Assembly: GCA_964447275.1 (NCBI GenBank)
Contig: CAYURI010000003.1
Location: 510 to 64,509 of the forward strand
Length of the DNA: 64,000 nucleotides
Direction: 5' to 3'
From: an uncultured Muribaculaceae bacterium
GTDB lineage: Bacteria > Bacillota_I > Bacilli_A > RF39 > UBA660
Positions within the stretch are counted from its first letter, which is position 1; every line of letters starts with the position of its first letter. The notes beneath the pieces were generated by a model. That model had not been told where the DNA came from. It worked only from the letters and a program-made list of their open reading frames with translations, and ran no database searches. The translations under genes and the position numbers were made by a program. This document shows, piece by piece, positions 1 to 8,165 of this stretch.

Positions 1-440
1 ATAAACAAAGGATTATATATTTTACCAGGGTTTTGAGCAACGGCCAAAGCTGCTGTTTGAGCAAAGCGATTTGATTCGCCAATCACAAAGTTATCGAAGG
101 TATATTTTTCAATTAAATTAGAATTAAAATTTTTATTAATATTATTTTCTACTTCAATAGGTTTAATATCTAAAATCTCTTCTTTATTTTCTACTTCGTC
201 TTGGCTGATGAACTCTAGTTCATAACTTTTACCAGTAATATTTACAAAGAAGTTTTCAATCATATCATAGTAGTTTTCCCCAAGTAATTTTTTGTGGATC
301 TGCATTGGGACTTTTATTGTTGCTTTATCGCTTGTGAGTTTTATTAAAGTAGTTTCTTTAAACCAAGTATTGAAAGACATTGGCGATAAGTCTTTACTAA
401 TAGCCTCCAAAATTTTACTCCATAAAGTATTATTATCCAC
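1..440 (-). CDS. dnaA: chromosomal replication initiator DnaA, N-terminal ~146 codons (gene continues beyond window start)
   Basis: Reverse-strand translation from GTG at 440 gives [30 protein letters not shown]...[12 protein letters not shown]...[35 protein letters not shown], i.e. DnaA domain I and the start of the AAA+ domain. SD GAGGTGA lies 5 nt upstream. Missing from ORF track because it is truncated by the window edge. Confidence 0.85.
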   Translation of the reverse strand, partial: MDNNTLWSKILEAISKDLSPMSFNTWFKETTLIKLTSDKATIKVPMQIHKKLLGENYYDMIENFFVNITGKSYELEFISQDEVENKEEILDIKPIEVENNINKNFNSNLIEKYTFDNFVIGESNRFAQTAALAVAQNPGKIYNPLF

Positions 441-720
441 AATATCACCTCACAGTCTTTTACTAATTTCATTTTAACTTAATAAAAATTAAAATAAAAG
501 TATAATCAGCAAAAAAATAGTTATTAACAAGTTATTCACTACCAAAATCTGCTTTTGGCTACTATAATAACGCAATTTTTTATACTTATCAACAATATTA
601 ACAAAAATATTAGTAACAATATTAACAACGGGTAAAAAAGCTATTAACAATGGTGTTGATAACTTGACTTATAAAAACCCTATATATATAATGAAAGAGG
701 AATTGAAAAGTTATTAACAT
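433..720. other. oriC-like DnaA-box cluster and AT-rich unwinding region between divergent dnaA and rnpA
   Basis: Perfect TTATCCACA at 433-441 (overlaps dnaA GTG start). Further 9-mers with 1-2 mismatches: TTATTAACA 521-529, TTATTCACT 532-540, TTATCAACA 586-594, ATATTAACA 595-603 and 619-627, CTATTAACA 641-649, TGTTGATAA (reverse TTATCAACA) 656-664, TTATTAACA 710-718. Alternating AT run CTATATATATAAT at 680-692. Confidence 0.7.
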
Positions 721-726
721 TTTCAT

Positions 727-756
727 AAAACCCACTAACTTAGAAGTGGGTTTTTA
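727..756 (+). terminator. hairpin (CCCACT/AGTGGG) followed by T-run immediately upstream of rnpA; terminator-like or leader structure
   Basis: aaaaCCCACTaacttagaAGTGGGttttt at 727-755. Confidence 0.35.
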
Positions 757-772
757 GAAAGAAGCTTGGACA

Positions 773-1102
773 ATGAAGAAAATTGAGATTGTTAGAAAAG
801 AAACTGAGTTTAATAATATTATTGCTACAGCGTCTAAAAAAGGAAATAAATTTTTTTTGGTTTTTAGCGTGGCAAACAATCTTACTTATTCTAGGTTTGG
901 TATCGCAGTTGGCAAAAAACTAGGCAATGCAGTAATGAGAAATAAATATAAAAGAAAAATAAAAACAATAATTGACGAAAATAAATTTATGTTTCAAAAA
1001 AGCGTTGATTATATTATAATAGTTAAGAAAGCGTGTATAGGAACAAGTTATATAGAATTGAAAGAAAACTTAATTAAAGTTTTTCAAGAGGAGATAAAAT
1101 GA
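773..1102 (+). CDS. rnpA: ribonuclease P protein component
   Basis: 109 aa, basic, RnpA-like motif GNAVMRNKYKRKIK. Conserved position next to oriC and upstream of yidC. Confidence 0.85.
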   Translation: MKKIEIVRKETEFNNIIATASKKGNKFFLVFSVANNLTYSRFGIAVGKKLGNAVMRNKYKRKIKTIIDENKFMFQKSVDYIIIVKKACIGTSYIELKENLIKVFQEEIK

Positions 1103-2034
1103 AAAAGAAATATTTATTGGGTCTGTTGTTAGTTTTAACAATTGCTACAACTGGTTGTACAAAATATATGACAAATGACAAAAATGAAAGAATAAAAAAT
1201 GAAGCAACAGGGCAAATTCTACCTTCTAACATATTATGTAAACCTACCGATGAAAAGATTTTAGCTTTATATGAAAAAAATGAAGCAAAAATGACAGTTA
1301 AATTAAATAAATTACCATCATGTGAAGAATTTAAACCAAGCGATTTAAAGTATGTAAGTTTATGGGAATCTGGCTTTGTTAAGCCTTTAGCTTGGTTAAT
1401 ATTGAAAATAGGAAGTTTCTTAAAAAACTATGGGCTCTCTGTAATGCTAATTGGTTTACTTATTAGAGTAGCAATGATGCCGTTATCAAAAGGATCAATT
1501 AATCAAAGCGAAAATATGAAAAAAGCTCAACCAGAGATTGCAAAATTGGAAAAGAAATATCAGGATACCAAAGATCAACAAGCAATGATGATGAAGAGCC
1601 AAGAAACGATGGCAATATACAAAAAGTATAATATTAACCCTCTAACGGGATGCTTACTTGCTTTTATTCAATTACCAATTTTCTTTGCTTTCCTAGAGGC
1701 CATAAATAGAGTGCCAGCTATCTTTGAGGAAAAATTGTTTGGCCTTCAACTAGGAACTAATCCAGTGGTTGGAATCGGCAATGGTAATTATTTATATATA
1801 ATATTAATAGTTTTAATTATTGCGACAACTTATTTCTCTTTAAAAAGTACTATGCAATCTAGTGCTGGCATGGGTGGTAGTGCTCAAAACCAGACTCAAT
1901 TAATGTCTAAAATAATGTTAATAATGATATCTTTAGCATCTTTAACATTACCAGCCGCAGTAGCTTTGTATTGGATAGTAACAAATGCTTTCACGGTTTT
2001 CCAAACTATGATTGTAAAAAGAAAGAAGAATTAA
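1099..2034 (+). CDS. yidC: membrane protein insertase YidC/SpoIIIJ (lipoprotein-type signal, Cys at LLVLTIATTGC)
   Basis: 311 aa polytopic membrane protein following rnpA. Lipobox plus C-terminal basic tail KRKKN. Confidence 0.85.
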   Translation: MKKKYLLGLLLVLTIATTGCTKYMTNDKNERIKNEATGQILPSNILCKPTDEKILALYEKNEAKMTVKLNKLPSCEEFKPSDLKYVSLWESGFVKPLAWLILKIGSFLKNYGLSVMLIGLLIRVAMMPLSKGSINQSENMKKAQPEIAKLEKKYQDTKDQQAMMMKSQETMAIYKKYNINPLTGCLLAFIQLPIFFAFLEAINRVPAIFEEKLFGLQLGTNPVVGIGNGNYLYIILIVLIIATTYFSLKSTMQSSAGMGGSAQNQTQLMSKIMLIMISLASLTLPAAVALYWIVTNAFTVFQTMIVKRKKN

Positions 2035-2035
2035 T

Positions 2036-2650
2036 ATGAAGACAAAAGTTTATGAAGGAAAAACTGAAGTAGAAGCTTTAGAAAAAGCCACCAAAGAATT
2101 AAATTTAACTGAAGCAGAGGTTTTATATAAATCAGAAGAAGTAAAAGGGAAGTTATTTAAAGCCACCACAGTTAAAGTAAATGCAATTGCTATTTCAGAA
2201 GTAGAAGAGTTTATTAAAGAATATTTAAAACAAATTCTAGATGATATGGGAATAGAGACAACGTTCGAAAGCCGTATTAGAGAAAAGCAGATATATATAA
2301 AAATGTATTCTAATAATAATCCAATCTTAATTGGTAAGAACGGGCAGACTTTAGAAGCTTTACAAAACATTGTTAAAAATGTTGTAAGTAACCACATTGG
2401 TATTTATCCAGTTGTCATGTTAGATGTTGAAAACTATAAAGAAAAACAAGAAAAACGAATTGAAAGGCTCGCTAAAGACACGGCTCGTGAAGTATTAAAA
2501 ACTAAAATAGAAGCAAGGCTTGAGAATATGAACTCTTACGAAAGAAGAATAGTCCACAATATTTTAACAGACTATAAGGGGATCTATACTTCAAGTGAGG
2601 GCGAAGAGCCAAATCGTTACGTAGTTATAAAGATTAAGGAAGACAAATAA
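2036..2650 (+). CDS. jag: Jag/KhpB RNA-binding protein (KH + R3H domains)
   Basis: 204 aa. C-terminal R3H-like segment YERRIVHNILTDYKGIYTSSEGEEPNRYVVIK. Conserved yidC-jag synteny. Confidence 0.8.
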   Translation: MKTKVYEGKTEVEALEKATKELNLTEAEVLYKSEEVKGKLFKATTVKVNAIAISEVEEFIKEYLKQILDDMGIETTFESRIREKQIYIKMYSNNNPILIGKNGQTLEALQNIVKNVVSNHIGIYPVVMLDVENYKEKQEKRIERLAKDTAREVLKTKIEARLENMNSYERRIVHNILTDYKGIYTSSEGEEPNRYVVIKIKEDK

Positions 2651-2662
2651 GTCTTCTTTTTT
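2634..2662 (+). terminator. rho-independent terminator after jag
   Basis: GAAGACaaataaGTCTTC followed by TTTTTTT. Confidence 0.6.
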
Positions 2663-2666
2663 TAAT

Positions 2667-2690
2667 AAATTATTTCCCGGGAAATAATTT
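2667..2690. promoter_or_regulatory. 24-bp perfect palindrome containing a perfect Noc-binding site (NBS) TATTTCCCGGGAAATA (2671-2686), overlapping the -35 region of the mnmE promoter
   Basis: AAATTATTTCCCGGGAAATAATTT. Immediately followed by extended -10 TGCTATAAT (2693-2701). Confidence 0.75.
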
Positions 2691-2726
2691 CGTGCTATAA
2701 TAGGCGCGAAACAGGGAAGTGGAATT

Positions 2727-4079
2727 ATGAGTGATACAATATGCGCAATATCATCAGCTTTAGGATTAGGAGCTATTTCAATAATTAGAGTTAGTGGTCC
2801 TGAAGCAATTAATGATGCTAATAAAATTTTTAAAGGTAAAAGTTTACTAAAAGTAAAAGATCATAGTATCACTTATGGTCATATTTTAGATGAAAAAAAA
2901 ATAATTGATGAAGTTTTAGTCATGGTTATGAAAGGTCCCAAAACATATACAAAAGAAGATATAGTAGAGATAAATTGTCATGGTGGGGTAGCTGTAACTA
3001 ATAAAATATTGGAGGTCTTATTAAAAAGTGGCTGTCGTCTAGCAGAGCCAGGAGAATTTACTAAACGTGCTTTTTTAAATGGTCGTATTGATTTAATAAA
3101 AGCCGAAGCTGTTCAAGACTTATTAATGTCCGAAACTGAGAATGCGCGAAAGCTATCAATTAACCAACTAGAAGGCAAGCTATCAATTAAAATTATTGAA
3201 ATTAGAAAAAAAATTCTAAATCTAATTGCTAATATTGAAGTTAATTTAGATTATCCAGAGTATGATGATGCTATCGAAGTTACCAACAAGTACTTAAAAA
3301 GCAAACTTACAGATATTAAAAAGGATCTAAAAAGCTTACTTGATACTACTGAAAATGGTAAAATTGTCAAGTCCGGGATAAACGTAGCTTTAATAGGTAA
3401 ACCAAATGTTGGTAAGAGTAGCATACTAAATAAACTGCTTGATGAAGACAAGGCGATTGTTACAAACATTGCTGGAACAACTAGGGATGTAGTTGAAGGA
3501 TCATTTATCTTAAATGGGATAAAAATAAATTTAATTGATACTGCCGGAATAAGAAGAACGACTAATAAAATCGAGAAGATTGGGGTAGAAAAGACCGAAA
3601 AACTTTTAAATGAAGTCGATTTAATTGTTTTGGTGTTGGATAGTAATAGCAAACTATCAAGAGATGATAAAAAGTTGTTAGAAAAATTAAAAGATAAAAA
3701 TAGTATAATTTTTATTAATAAAACAGACTTAAATAGAAAAATTAAAATTCCAAAAACAAATAAAGAAGTGGTTTTCGGGAATACTATTAATAAAGATGGA
3801 CTAAAAGAATTATTAAATAAAATAACTGAAACGTTTAACTTAGATAAAATTGCGCTAAAAGATCCAACTTACATATCAAATATCAGGCAGAAAAACTTAG
3901 TAAGTGAAAGCTTAGATTTGATTGATAATTGCTTAAATAATCTTTCTTTCGATTATACAATTGATTTTTTAGCTTCTGATATTAAAAAAGCCTGGGATTT
4001 ATTAGGAGAAATAATTGGTGAAACATATAACGATGAATTGTTAGATGAATTATTCAGTAATTTCTGCTTAGGAAAGTAG
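2727..4079 (+). CDS. mnmE: tRNA modification GTPase MnmE
   Basis: 450 aa. G-domain motifs GKPNVGKSS, DTAG, NKTD. C-terminal CLGK. Confidence 0.9.
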   Translation: MSDTICAISSALGLGAISIIRVSGPEAINDANKIFKGKSLLKVKDHSITYGHILDEKKIIDEVLVMVMKGPKTYTKEDIVEINCHGGVAVTNKILEVLLKSGCRLAEPGEFTKRAFLNGRIDLIKAEAVQDLLMSETENARKLSINQLEGKLSIKIIEIRKKILNLIANIEVNLDYPEYDDAIEVTNKYLKSKLTDIKKDLKSLLDTTENGKIVKSGINVALIGKPNVGKSSILNKLLDEDKAIVTNIAGTTRDVVEGSFILNGIKINLIDTAGIRRTTNKIEKIGVEKTEKLLNEVDLIVLVLDSNSKLSRDDKKLLEKLKDKNSIIFINKTDLNRKIKIPKTNKEVVFGNTINKDGLKELLNKITETFNLDKIALKDPTYISNIRQKNLVSESLDLIDNCLNNLSFDYTIDFLASDIKKAWDLLGEIIGETYNDELLDELFSNFCLGK

Positions 4080-4086
4080 GGTTAAT

Positions 4087-5958
4087 ATGCAAAAAAAATA
4101 TGAAGTAGTTGTTGTTGGTGGCGGCCATGCCGGCTGCGAAGCATCTTATGCATCAGCGACAAAAGGTCATCATACGCTGCTTGTAACTACAAATGTAAAT
4201 AATATTGCTGATATGCCGTGTAATCCTTCGATAGGTGGGACAGCGAAGGGAATAGTCGTTAGAGAAATTGATGCTTTAGGTGGAATAATGGGAAAAGTTG
4301 CTGATAGATCTCATTTTCAAATAAAAATGTTAAATGCTAAAAAAGGGCTAGCAGTAAGATCTCTGAGAGCTCAGGCCGATAAAAAAGTCTACCCTAAAGA
4401 AATGCTAAAAGCTTTAAAAAATTGCACTAAACTAGATATTTTGGAAGGAATAGTTACTAAGCTAGTCGTTGAAGATAATAAAATCAAAGGGGTAATTATT
4501 GATGAAAACCAAACAATCTTTTGCGATGCTGTGATCTTAACAACTGGAACTTATCTAAGATCTCAAATATTAACAGGTAGTAATAAAGTATCAAGTGGGC
4601 CTCATGGGGAAAAAACCTCGTCCTTTTTAAGTGATAATTTAAAGAGTTTAGGTTTTGAAATTTTAAGACTTAAAACCGGAACGCCACAAAGAATAGATGG
4701 TTCATCAATTGATTTTAGCAAAATGCAAGAAGAGTATGGTGATAATGAGTATTACACTTTTAGCCATGATAATCCACCACTTTATAAAATAGAAGAGCAA
4801 AAGAAATGTTACTTATTATATACTTCAAAAGAAACTCATGAGATTATTAAGAAAAACTTATCAAAATCCAGCATGTATGGCGGCTATGTTGAAGGAGTAG
4901 GACCAAGATACTGTCCATCAATCGAAGATAAAATAGTAAGGTTTAGTGATAAAGAGCGTCATCAATTATTTTTAGAACCAGAAAGCGCTTATTATGATGA
5001 ATGGTATTTACAAGGGTTTTCAACTAGTATGCCTCATGATATTCAAGAGAAAATGGTTCATAGTCTAAAAGGGTTAGAGAACGCTAAGATTGTAAAATAT
5101 GCGTATGCCATAGAATATGATGCGATAAATCCATTACAAATTAAAGCTTCGTTAGAAACAAAACTAATATCAGGATTATATACCGCTGGTCAAATAAATG
5201 GCACTAGTGGTTACGAAGAAGCTGCTGCTCAAGGTTTAATGGCCGGAATCAACGCGGCTTTAAAATTAGAAAATAAAGAGCCTTTAATATTAAAACGAAA
5301 TGAAGCTTATATTGGGGTTTTAATAGATGACTTAGTAACGAAAGGAACTAAAGAACCATACCGTTTATTGACATCAAGAGCTGAATTTAGATTAATACTA
5401 AGACATGATAATGCGGATTTAAGGTTAAGAGAAAAAGGGTTCTCAGTTGGTTTAATTGATAAGAAGAAATACAATATTTTTATAAAAAAGCGTGAATTAA
5501 TAAAAAAGACGATAGAGTTATTAGAAACGAATCAATTAAGTTTAAATAGAGCCAATATTGAAAAATTTAAAATTAAAAATGTCCTTATTCCTAAAGCTAG
5601 CGTTAAGTTTTCAGACTTATTAAAAAGACCAGAGATCAATATTTACTTTATTAAAGAATTCATCGATATAACAGATGATAAAGAAATTTTGGAAGAAGTA
5701 GAAATAAATATAAAGTATGCTGGTTATATTGAAAAAGCTTATAAAGAAGCTGAAAGAATGTTAAAGTTAGAAGAAAAGAAAATTCCTTTAGATATTGATT
5801 ATAATAAAGTAAAAAACTTAGCCAGCGAAGCTAGACAAAAATTAAAATTAATAAAACCAATATCAATTGGTCAAGCGAGCAGAATAAGCGGTATAAATCC
5901 AAGTGATATAGCTATATTGGCAGTTTATTTAAAGAAGGAGTATCCTCAAAATGACTGA
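4087..5958 (+). CDS. mnmG: tRNA uridine 5-carboxymethylaminomethyl modification enzyme MnmG (GidA)
   Basis: 623 aa. FAD-binding N-terminus VVVVGGGHAGCEA. Conserved synteny. Confidence 0.9.
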   Translation: MQKKYEVVVVGGGHAGCEASYASATKGHHTLLVTTNVNNIADMPCNPSIGGTAKGIVVREIDALGGIMGKVADRSHFQIKMLNAKKGLAVRSLRAQADKKVYPKEMLKALKNCTKLDILEGIVTKLVVEDNKIKGVIIDENQTIFCDAVILTTGTYLRSQILTGSNKVSSGPHGEKTSSFLSDNLKSLGFEILRLKTGTPQRIDGSSIDFSKMQEEYGDNEYYTFSHDNPPLYKIEEQKKCYLLYTSKETHEIIKKNLSKSSMYGGYVEGVGPRYCPSIEDKIVRFSDKERHQLFLEPESAYYDEWYLQGFSTSMPHDIQEKMVHSLKGLENAKIVKYAYAIEYDAINPLQIKASLETKLISGLYTAGQINGTSGYEEAAAQGLMAGINAALKLENKEPLILKRNEAYIGVLIDDLVTKGTKEPYRLLTSRAEFRLILRHDNADLRLREKGFSVGLIDKKKYNIFIKKRELIKKTIELLETNQLSLNRANIEKFKIKNVLIPKASVKFSDLLKRPEINIYFIKEFIDITDDKEILEEVEINIKYAGYIEKAYKEAERMLKLEEKKIPLDIDYNKVKNLASEARQKLKLIKPISIGQASRISGINPSDIAILAVYLKKEYPQND

Positions 5959-6652
5959 AAAAGAATTTATAAAATTTCTACAAGAAAATAATATAAAATT
6001 TGAGCAAGAAATGCTTATAAAATTAAAAAAATATCAAGAAATATTACAGGAATACAATAAAAAGTTTAATTTAACGGCAATTGTTGATACTGAAGAAGTA
6101 TACTTGAAGCATTTTTGTGATTCACTTTTAGTCGCGACATTTATTAATTTTGAAAATTATAGTGAAGTTGTCGATATTGGTACTGGAGCTGGTTTCCCGG
6201 GGCTTGTTTTAAAAATCTTTTTTCCAAATTTAAAACTATATTTAATAGAATCTAATGGTAAAAAATGCCAATTTTTAAATGTTGTTTGTGTTGAGCTTAA
6301 TTTAAAAAATGTTACGATTATAAATGATCGAGCAGAAAACTTTGCTTTAAACAATTTAGATAAATTTGAAATAGTAATATCAAGAGCTGTAGCTAGTTTA
6401 AAGGTTTTAGCTGAACTTTGTTTGCCACTTTTAAGAAGTAATGGACTATTTATTGCAATGAAAGGCAAAGAGGGCGATGAAATTTCTGAAAGCGAAAATA
6501 TTATTAATAAGCTAAAAGGAGAACTAGTAAAAGTAGAAAAATATAAATTACCAGTTCTTAATCATGATCGGCTACTAATAATAATCAAGAAGATAGATTT
6601 AACTCCTAAAGGATATCCAAGGAATTATCAAGAAATAGTCAAAAAGCATTGA
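5951..6652 (+). CDS. rsmG: 16S rRNA (guanine527-N7)-methyltransferase RsmG (GidB)
   Basis: 233 aa. SAM motif VVDIGTGAGFPGLVL. Confidence 0.9.
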   Translation: MTEKEFIKFLQENNIKFEQEMLIKLKKYQEILQEYNKKFNLTAIVDTEEVYLKHFCDSLLVATFINFENYSEVVDIGTGAGFPGLVLKIFFPNLKLYLIESNGKKCQFLNVVCVELNLKNVTIINDRAENFALNNLDKFEIVISRAVASLKVLAELCLPLLRSNGLFIAMKGKEGDEISESENIINKLKGELVKVEKYKLPVLNHDRLLIIIKKIDLTPKGYPRNYQEIVKKH

Positions 6653-6681
6653 AAAAGAATAAAAAATAAGATATCATTATA

Positions 6682-8031
6682 ATGAATAAAAATAAGAAGG
6701 GGCTGTCACATATGAATTTTGAGCCACAAATAGTTGAAGTAGGAATTGAAGAGATAATTCCTAATCGCTTTCAACCACGTTTAACATTTGACGAAAAAGC
6801 AATGGAGGAATTAGCAGCATCGATAAAAGAACACGGGATCATTCAACCGTTGGTTTTAAGAAGGGTTGAAAATAAATACGAAATCATTGCTGGTGAAAGA
6901 AGATATAAAGCCTCAATTATGGCTGGATTGCAGAAAGTTCCAGCAATTATTACTAACTTAGATGATAATAGTAGCGCTGAAGTAGCTCTTGTAGAGAATG
7001 TCCAAAGAAAAGGGTTAACACCAATAGAAGAAGCTAAATCATATAAAGTGCTATTAGATAGAGGATATATTACTCAAGAAGAACTGGCTAAAAAGATTGG
7101 TATTGCTCAACCAACTTTATCAAATAGACTTCGTCTTCTTAATTTAGATGAAGAAGTTCAAAAAGCGTTATTAGAAGAAAAAATATCTGAAAGACATGCT
7201 CGTAGTATTTTGCAAATTACTGACAAAGAAAAACAAAAAGCGTTATTAAAAAGAGTAATTGATGAAAGACTTACAGTAAAACAGTTAGATATGGAAATTC
7301 AAAATATGAATAAAGAAGTAAACAAAATGGATGATACACCTTTAATTGAAATAACACCTAGCGTTGAAGAAATAAAGACGACAGCAACAGATATAAATCC
7401 TCAAGTATTATCTCCAGGGATTGAAGAAATGCTAAAACCAGATCCAATGCTAACGCCGCTAACACCATTAAATAATAATCCGGTAGTTAGCGAAGCAATT
7501 ATTCCTTCAACAATGCCAATAAATAATAACCAAACCGGTGATGAAGAATCAGGAAGTGCGCCAATGGTATCATTAGAACCAAAGCCAGAAGCGATGATTA
7601 ATGTGAATATGCCAGCTGGTTCGACCCCTGAGCAAACTCCTCAACCTAGTCAAAATAAATTTTTCAACTTTTTAGAAGATGAAGAAGCTAACTTGAATAT
7701 CGCTGATAAACCAATCGAGACACCAACAGTAAATCCAGTTGTTGAACCAGCACCAAGCACAGTTGAAGTTCTTGATATTCCGATGCCATCACCAAACCTA
7801 AGTATGCAAAATGTTGTTGACCCGGTATCAAAGATAGATACTTTAGATCCTTCTTATGTTGCTCCAGTTGTCGAAACTGAAGAAAAAGCATATTCTTTAA
7901 CAGATGCGATAAATGCTCTAAGAGACACTGTTAAAGCAATAGAAGCTAAAGGATTATTAATTGATACGGAAGAGATTGATTTAGAAAACTTGTATCAAAT
8001 AATTATTAAAATAGATAAAAAAACTGAATAG
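6682..8031 (+). CDS. noc: ParB-family nucleoid occlusion protein Noc homolog with ~200-aa low-complexity P/T/N/V/E-rich insertion; true start may be ATG at 6712 (SD GAAGGGG)
   Basis: ParB N-domain with GERRYKAS arginine patch and an HTH (QEELAKKIGIAQPTLSNRL). Sits directly after rsmG, as noc does in Bacillus. A perfect NBS is present upstream at 2671-2686. Residues ~215-400 are compositionally biased. Confidence 0.75.
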   Translation: MNKNKKGLSHMNFEPQIVEVGIEEIIPNRFQPRLTFDEKAMEELAASIKEHGIIQPLVLRRVENKYEIIAGERRYKASIMAGLQKVPAIITNLDDNSSAEVALVENVQRKGLTPIEEAKSYKVLLDRGYITQEELAKKIGIAQPTLSNRLRLLNLDEEVQKALLEEKISERHARSILQITDKEKQKALLKRVIDERLTVKQLDMEIQNMNKEVNKMDDTPLIEITPSVEEIKTTATDINPQVLSPGIEEMLKPDPMLTPLTPLNNNPVVSEAIIPSTMPINNNQTGDEESGSAPMVSLEPKPEAMINVNMPAGSTPEQTPQPSQNKFFNFLEDEEANLNIADKPIETPTVNPVVEPAPSTVEVLDIPMPSPNLSMQNVVDPVSKIDTLDPSYVAPVVETEEKAYSLTDAINALRDTVKAIEAKGLLIDTEEIDLENLYQIIIKIDKKTE

Positions 8032-8055
8032 AAACTGCTTAGGCAGTTTTTTTCT
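8032..8055 (+). terminator. rho-independent terminator after noc
   Basis: ACTGCttaGGCAGT followed by TTTTTTT. Confidence 0.6.
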
Positions 8056-8165
8056 GCTTTAAACTTTTATATTGACATTTTTCTATTTAAAGTATATAAG
8101 AATAATTGCAAATGTTTATTATAAATAATATAATGTATTCTGTATAAAGAAGGGATACCATAATT

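Noticed and set aside
292-477. 61-aa + strand ORF from the track
   Set aside because: It lies antisense to the well-supported N-terminal coding region of dnaA (DnaA domain I reads on the opposite strand) and has no SD. Judged spurious.
480-772. Search for rpmH (L34) upstream of rnpA
   Set aside because: No ORF of any start type encodes a K/R-rich ~45-aa peptide. The region is DnaA boxes and AT tracts, so rpmH is treated as absent here.
8032-8165. Possible T-box riboswitch upstream of argS
   Set aside because: The intergenic gap is only 134 nt and is occupied by a terminator and a TTGACA-17-TATAAG promoter, too short for a T-box leader. No specifier/antiterminator T-box sequence seen.
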